A DNA stretch of 64,000 nucleotides, from NCBI GenBank assembly GCA_038874595.1, contig JAVZCB010000001.1, positions 32,001 through 96,000 on the forward strand. The letters are read 5' to 3'. Both the position numbers and the translations under genes were made by a program. Shown piece by piece: positions 59,006-64,000 of the stretch (position 1 is the first letter of the stretch; each line of letters begins with the position of its first letter). The DNA is from Candidatus Micrarchaeia archaeon (GTDB taxonomy: Archaea; Micrarchaeota; Micrarchaeia; CAILAH01). The notes beneath the pieces are model-generated. The model searched no databases and had not been told where the DNA came from. It was given only the letters and a program-made list of their open reading frames with translations.

Positions 59006-59693
59006 TAGGAATTCAGTTGTATGCGATTCAAGCTCGCTAATCTCGCTTGCAGAGAGCTGCCAGCTTGATGTGCTATCTTTCCTTAAGCAGCATATGTATG
59101 GGGATTTCATATACCCGCGCACGGTACGGATTGAATCTATGGAGCGGCCGCTCGGGATGCGTGAGCATGCGCTCCGTGCCTTTCGGCTTATGGATTACGA
59201 AAAGAGCGGTGCAATAAAATTTGTTGATTATGACGTCAGCAGGAAGATGCGCGAGATTATGGACATAGCAAATTCAATTTTCTCAGTTGCAGGCAGGCCT
59301 ATCCAGCTTGTTGATGACGGTGAGGCCGCCCAGGTTGCGCTTGCAATTGAATTTGGGATAAATACAATACTTATAGATGAGCGGACTACTCGCACTTTGA
59401 TTGAGGCACCGTTCAGGCACAAGGAGCATCTTGAGCGCGAGTTCCGAAAGCCGGTTAGGATGAACGATGCGTTAATGGACGAGTTCAACAGCCTTACCCG
59501 CGGTCTTAAAATCATTAGGAGTTCGGAGATAATACTGCTTGCATATAAGTACGGCTATTTTGACCATTATGGCGAGCTTAAATCGAAAGCGCTTGAGGGC
59601 GCGCTTTACGGTGTAAAGCTATGCGGGTGCAGCATCAGTTTTGAGGAGATAGATGAGATTATGCGTGAGTTGAATGCAAGACAGCTCTTCTGA
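58980..59693 (+). CDS. PIN-domain protein (DUF3368/VapC-like)
   Basis: VCDSSSLI, DDGEAAQVALA, ILIDERTTR. Confidence 0.85.
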   Translation: MSQEYSEINRNSVVCDSSSLISLAESCQLDVLSFLKQHMYGDFIYPRTVRIESMERPLGMREHALRAFRLMDYEKSGAIKFVDYDVSRKMREIMDIANSIFSVAGRPIQLVDDGEAAQVALAIEFGINTILIDERTTRTLIEAPFRHKEHLEREFRKPVRMNDALMDEFNSLTRGLKIIRSSEIILLAYKYGYFDHYGELKSKALEGALYGVKLCGCSISFEEIDEIMRELNARQLF

Positions 59694-60384
59694 TACCGCA
59701 CACACAGAATCGCAGGCAACGCTTGCTGAATCTGCATTTCCTGATACGCCTATAGTATATGCGGATACGCGCGAGGACAGGGCAGTCATAGAATCCCTTG
59801 AAGGGCGCGGCTGCAGGGTTATTGTGAAGCAGCTGGAGATAGGGGATTACATCGTCTCAGACCGCACCGTTATTGAGCGTAAGACACGTGATGATTTTGA
59901 AAGCTCTATTGTGGATGGGCGGCTTTTTGAGCAGGCATCGCGCATCACGCAGGCGTATGAGAAAGTTGTATATGTAATTGAGGGCCAGGCGTTTAATGAG
60001 CGTGTAAACCGCAAGGCACTTATGGCAGCAATCTCTTCATTGATACTCAACAACAACATCTCAATTTTCTTCACACGCGACCCCGGCGCCACAGCTGAGC
60101 TAATCTGTGCGCTGGCATCAAAAGAGCAGCTTGAGTCAAGGCGCGTTATACTTCTCAAAAAGCCTAAGAAACACAATGACCTGAATCTATCCGTGTTATA
60201 TATAGCGTCAGCAATCCCGATGATAGGCGAGAAGACAGCAGAAAACCTGCTTATACACTTCGGCTCGCTGCAAAACCTTTTCAACGCGACCGAGCAGCAG
60301 CTCGCTGAAGTGAAAGGTATTGGAAAAAAGCGCGCACGCGAGATTGCAAAAATAATGCGGGCAAAATATATCCCCCGCTCATAA
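59674..60384 (+). CDS. xpf: ERCC4/XPF endonuclease with HhH2 domain
   Basis: ADTRE, GDY, ERKTRDD, GRLFEQ, two HhH motifs. Confidence 0.95.
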   Translation: MQDSSSDTAHTESQATLAESAFPDTPIVYADTREDRAVIESLEGRGCRVIVKQLEIGDYIVSDRTVIERKTRDDFESSIVDGRLFEQASRITQAYEKVVYVIEGQAFNERVNRKALMAAISSLILNNNISIFFTRDPGATAELICALASKEQLESRRVILLKKPKKHNDLNLSVLYIASAIPMIGEKTAENLLIHFGSLQNLFNATEQQLAEVKGIGKKRAREIAKIMRAKYIPRS

Positions 60385-60399
60385 ATATCTTTTTAGCAA

Positions 60400-60651
60400 C
60401 TATCCAAGGCGGTCAACTGCAACCACATCTATGCTGCTTACATTTGGGAATCCCTGCAGCTTCTCTTCTAGAGGTGTGCTCCCGTCTTTCTCCTCTGCAT
60501 AAAATAGTGCTTTTATTGCAAGCGCGCCAAACGCCAGCTCTTCCTTGCCAATCTGTACTGGCCTAAGCTCCTGCTTTATCTTTGCAATCAGCTCATCGAC
60601 TTTTTCCTGCTCATCAGGGAAAATTCTTATCAACACTGCAACTTGTGCCAT
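60400..60651 (-). CDS. ef1b: translation elongation factor aEF-1beta
   Basis: MAQV.V.I.IFP, EELAFG..A, V..VDRL. Confidence 0.92.
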   Translation of the reverse strand: MAQVAVLIRIFPDEQEKVDELIAKIKQELRPVQIGKEELAFGALAIKALFYAEEKDGSTPLEEKLQGFPNVSSIDVVAVDRLG

Positions 60652-60683
60652 TCATTTCACCTTTCCATATTTTTCATAGGTCA

Positions 60684-61289
60684 TTATTTATAAAACTCAA
60701 ACTCCTCCTCATCTTCCTCAGGCTGCCATCTTGTCCGTAAAACAGACCCCTTCTCAAACATCTTGGCGTATGCCCACCCAAACACGAGCCCGCCCAGATG
60801 TGCTGCGCTCGCAACCCCTGAGTATGGGTTGAATGTCCCGAGAAACTCAAGGATTACCCATACAATTGCAGCACTGCTCATCCGCATCGGGATAAACCAA
60901 AGATATACTACAAGGTCAGGGGTGAGCACCGCGAGCGCCCCGAGTATTGCGTATATTGCACCGCTCGCTCCAAGTGCCGGTATTGGGGGTGCAATCCCAA
61001 TAGCGATTGTGATGTAATACAACAGCGACCCAATTATTCCGCCTGCAAAGAAAACCATTATGAATTTGTCTGTTCCAATCCGGCTTTCAAGAATTGGGCC
61101 GAACATAAACAGCGCGAGCATATTAAAGAAGATGTGAGTCAGGTCAGCATGCAGGAATATAGAAGTGAAGAATCTCCACGGCTGTGTGAGAGCAACCGCA
61201 GGGTCAAATATGAACATTTCTGTAAACCCAGGTATCACTTCGAGGAAAAACGCAAGAAACATCAACCCTATAAGGTAGAATGAAATCAT
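60684..61289 (-). CDS. rhomboid intramembrane serine protease
   Basis: PWRFFTSIFLH, H.FFNM, GASGA, AHLGG. Confidence 0.96.
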   Translation of the reverse strand: MISFYLIGLMFLAFFLEVIPGFTEMFIFDPAVALTQPWRFFTSIFLHADLTHIFFNMLALFMFGPILESRIGTDKFIMVFFAGGIIGSLLYYITIAIGIAPPIPALGASGAIYAILGALAVLTPDLVVYLWFIPMRMSSAAIVWVILEFLGTFNPYSGVASAAHLGGLVFGWAYAKMFEKGSVLRTRWQPEEDEEEFEFYK

Positions 61290-61392
61290 CAGTAGTATTC
61301 AGCAGCATAAAACTTAAATTAAGTAGCAGCATTAATCCTATAGGTCTTGTAAACTTCGGTTTATACAGACCTACAAGCCAGAAGGCTTGCAC

Positions 61393-61556
61393 GGGCCCGT
61401 AGCTCAGCCTGGATAGAGCGGCAGCCTTCTAGTCCTTTTTCTTTCTTGCAGGCAAGAAAGAAAACCGGCACTAAAAGAAAGAAATGGAGGCGTGTCCAGT
61501 AATGCGCTTCAGGATAAGTAAGCTGAGGGTCGTGGGTTCAAATCCCATCGGGCCCG
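61393..61556 (+). tRNA. tRNA-Arg(UCU) with an 89-nt intron (61432-61520)
   Basis: GGGCCCG acceptor stem; CAGC-CTTCTA..A-GCTG; BHB-like CUUC/UAAG plus UCCU/AGGA; intact T-arm. Confidence 0.92.
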
Positions 61557-61574
61557 CTTTAATTTTTCAAACGG

Positions 61575-62474
61575 CTATTCTATCTTGGGTTTGGTTACAA
61601 TTTCCATATTTCCTTCATAGGTGATAATGCAGTCTTTTTCCAGTCTCATTTTGAAAAGTACTTTTCCATTATCTCCCTTAAGGTATCTTAGGTTAGGATC
61701 TGTTTCATCGTGTACAATTTTTACATCGTTGTTCTGTGTTGAATATGGATGTATCCGCTGGTAACTTCTCTTATCATTATCATACCTGCGTATAATTACG
61801 GCTATCGGCGTTGTTATGATTATCCATCCATTATGAATTTCATAATTGGTTTTTTTGACGTACTCCTCATCGAGTAGGTTGGAATAAAATAAAGTCCCTG
61901 AGGTTGGTATTGCAGTATCATTTTTAATTATGCTGTTAATTGAAAGGAACCCAACAACACCTTTTTCTGTAATAAATAGTATCCCATTAAACAGATTATC
62001 TCTATAATCAATAGTTGCCGCAACTATCTTATCTTGGAGGGTATCATACTTATCACCAAGGTTTGTGATTCTGCTAAAACTGATTGTGCTAGAATCAACA
62101 TCTAGGTAGTTACCCATAAGTGCTATCTTGTTATATCCAGGCAACGGGATAACATCCCCGTTTTCTGTAACGGCAATTGATATATCATTATGGCAGGATA
62201 ATCCAACGGCTTTTTTAATATTTAGGTATGGTTGAAATGATTCTTTGCTGAGTAATTCCTTAGTTTCACCACTCTCCAATTTTTCAAAAAACGAGTAAAT
62301 TATAGAACTACTTTTAAAATCATATCCGCAACGTGCACTATACGTCCCGTAATCAATCTCAGAAACTAAAGGTTCCTTTTGCTTAAATCCATTTGAAGAC
62401 CCAGACATTAAGAGCGCGGCAGCAACCGCGCCACAGACCCATTTCTTAATATTACTAATTTTTTTACTTGGCAT
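61575..62474 (-). CDS. secreted hypothetical protein (AT-rich)
   Basis: Basic N-region then WVCGAVAAALLM; beta-rich mature part. Confidence 0.72.
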   Translation of the reverse strand: MPSKKISNIKKWVCGAVAAALLMSGSSNGFKQKEPLVSEIDYGTYSARCGYDFKSSSIIYSFFEKLESGETKELLSKESFQPYLNIKKAVGLSCHNDISIAVTENGDVIPLPGYNKIALMGNYLDVDSSTISFSRITNLGDKYDTLQDKIVAATIDYRDNLFNGILFITEKGVVGFLSINSIIKNDTAIPTSGTLFYSNLLDEEYVKKTNYEIHNGWIIITTPIAVIIRRYDNDKRSYQRIHPYSTQNNDVKIVHDETDPNLRYLKGDNGKVLFKMRLEKDCIITYEGNMEIVTKPKIE

Positions 62475-62565
62475 AAGGAAACACAAATATTTGAACCAAA
62501 TACCCCTTTATAAACGTTTTTAAAAAATTTAAAAAAAGGACCAAACTACTCTCTATAAATGATTC

Positions 62566-63489
62566 TTATTTTGACTTCTCATCTTTTTTGTAAATGATTT
62601 TTATTTTGTTTTCTTTCACGCACTTCTCAATACCACCATAATCTTCTATTGCATTGGCGATCTCCCGCGTTTTAATCTCTAATTCATCATTTCTATATGA
62701 TGTGTCTAGTTTGTATGATTTATCTTTTTTGTTATATTCATATACATTAACACTTGTATAGATAGCATCCTCCCAATTTTTCGATTTAGGGTCAGTTAAA
62801 GTTTTGTAAACATCTTCCTTCTTCAAATCTGAATTAAATGACACTTTAAATACAATAACCTTATCCCCTAATTTTAGTACTCCAGTTGCATTAGTTTTGC
62901 CTTTTAATCCGGATGCTTTCTCAATCTCCTCTACTGCCTTTTCAGCTGCCATCTCCAATCTTTTTTCAGCAGTTTTTTTATCATTTTTCTCTAAATCTTC
63001 TTTGATTTTTTTCAAATCTTCAACCTGCGCCAATACCTCTTCATCAGAGCGGATGGGTTTACCTATAACAAGTTCAGGCTGGAATGAGATTTCGCGTTTT
63101 GTCTTACCTTTTTCTTTTTTGTCAGTTTTTTTCATTTCGGTGGGAGGCGTGAACACCAATTCGGTACGCTCAGCAATCTTCGCCTTGCCGGACTCGATCA
63201 GCCTGTAATTTTGAATATCTTCCTTGGCAAGGAAAAGCCGGCCTTCCTTATTCATGTTTTGCTCGTTAGTCAGGCAGCTGTACAGCCATCTCAATTTTTC
63301 GTTTGATTTTATTTGCTTATCATCTTGTAAGCTAATGCTCTTAACAAGCAGCTTAATCTCTTCATTGGTCAAGTTTTTGAGTATCCACTCACGCGTGTTT
63401 TTTGTGAGCTGCTCATCCATCCATTTCTTTTCCTTTTCAAGCTCATCCTTTTTCTTTACAGCAACATTATTTGCCATTTTTATCCCCAT
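62566..63489 (-). CDS. Lys/Glu-rich hypothetical protein (AT-rich)
   Basis: 307 aa ORF, highly charged. Confidence 0.72.
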   Translation of the reverse strand: MGIKMANNVAVKKKDELEKEKKWMDEQLTKNTREWILKNLTNEEIKLLVKSISLQDDKQIKSNEKLRWLYSCLTNEQNMNKEGRLFLAKEDIQNYRLIESGKAKIAERTELVFTPPTEMKKTDKKEKGKTKREISFQPELVIGKPIRSDEEVLAQVEDLKKIKEDLEKNDKKTAEKRLEMAAEKAVEEIEKASGLKGKTNATGVLKLGDKVIVFKVSFNSDLKKEDVYKTLTDPKSKNWEDAIYTSVNVYEYNKKDKSYKLDTSYRNDELEIKTREIANAIEDYGGIEKCVKENKIKIIYKKDEKSK

Positions 63490-63578
63490 ATACCAATCTG
63501 CCGCAACGTATTAATACCTTTCTGTGTGTGTCGTGCAAGCTGTCAGCTATTTTTATTTATAAATGGTGATATACACAT

Positions 63579-64000
63579 ATGGCAAAGATAGACGCAATCC
63601 TGTTTGACATGGATAATACATTGCTTGATTTTATGTATTACAAGCGCGAGACTGCAAAAGCTGTTGCAAAAGCAATGATTAAGCACGGTCTGCCGGCCAC
63701 CGAGAAAGAGGTTATCGACAGGATATTCCAGATATACAAAGAAAAAGGCATAGAGTACCAGAAGACGTGCTATGATATTGTTTTTCCGTATAATCTTGAG
63801 ATTAATCTGGCAGAGAAGATACAGCACGCAGGCATAGTTGCATACCAGAAGAGAAAGTTTGAGGCCCTGTACCCATACCCAGGTGTCAAGGAAACGCTTT
63901 CAAAACTTAAAAGGAAAGGTCTTAAGCTTGGCTTGGTATCAGATGCGCCACGAAACAAGGTATGGGACAGGCTTATCATAGCAGGGCTTGAGGATTTCTT
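63579..64000 (+). CDS. HAD-superfamily hydrolase, paralog of 26118-26783 (runs off the window)
   Basis: Hand translation MAKIDAILFDMDNTLLDF...PYPGVKETL..LGLVSDAPRNKVWDRL. Confidence 0.9.
   Translation, partial: MAKIDAILFDMDNTLLDFMYYKRETAKAVAKAMIKHGLPATEKEVIDRIFQIYKEKGIEYQKTCYDIVFPYNLEINLAEKIQHAGIVAYQKRKFEALYPYPGVKETLSKLKRKGLKLGLVSDAPRNKVWDRLIIAGLEDF

Overview
Gene-dense archaeal chromosome segment, most consistent with a DPANN archaeon, probably Micrarchaeota. That assignment is inferred from the archaeal r-proteins and histone, tRNA-Ile(UAU), multi-intron tRNAs and very short intergenic spacers. Core content: the S17-L14-...-SecY-adk-L34e-cmk-L14e operon; the Rpp21-S19e-PDCD5-L39e-L31e-aIF6-LX-prefoldin-FtsY operon; L15e-Rpp30-Pop5; pheS-pheT-HEAT-cysS-glyA; plus HppA, Cdc48, SMC, HerA, a Hef-type helicase with a separate XPF nuclease, RNase HIII and aEF-1beta. 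All five tRNA genes carry BHB introns. Three have a second intron at T-loop position 59/60. In tRNA-Ile(UAU) that intron is 236 nt, built of hairpin modules, and contains a duplicate of its own 5' end; this is the most striking element in the window. AT-rich accessory islets lie beside tRNAs. They hold a pilin-like cluster, a protein with an apparently split peptidoglycan-binding domain, and three tandem secreted proteins sharing a conserved leader. Other non-coding signals are an 11-bp-phased TCATGA array at a divergent promoter, a candidate sRNA with anti-SD-like repeats, and two structured r-protein leaders. No CRISPR array, rRNA, integrase or transposase was seen. All calls are by eye, without database searches.
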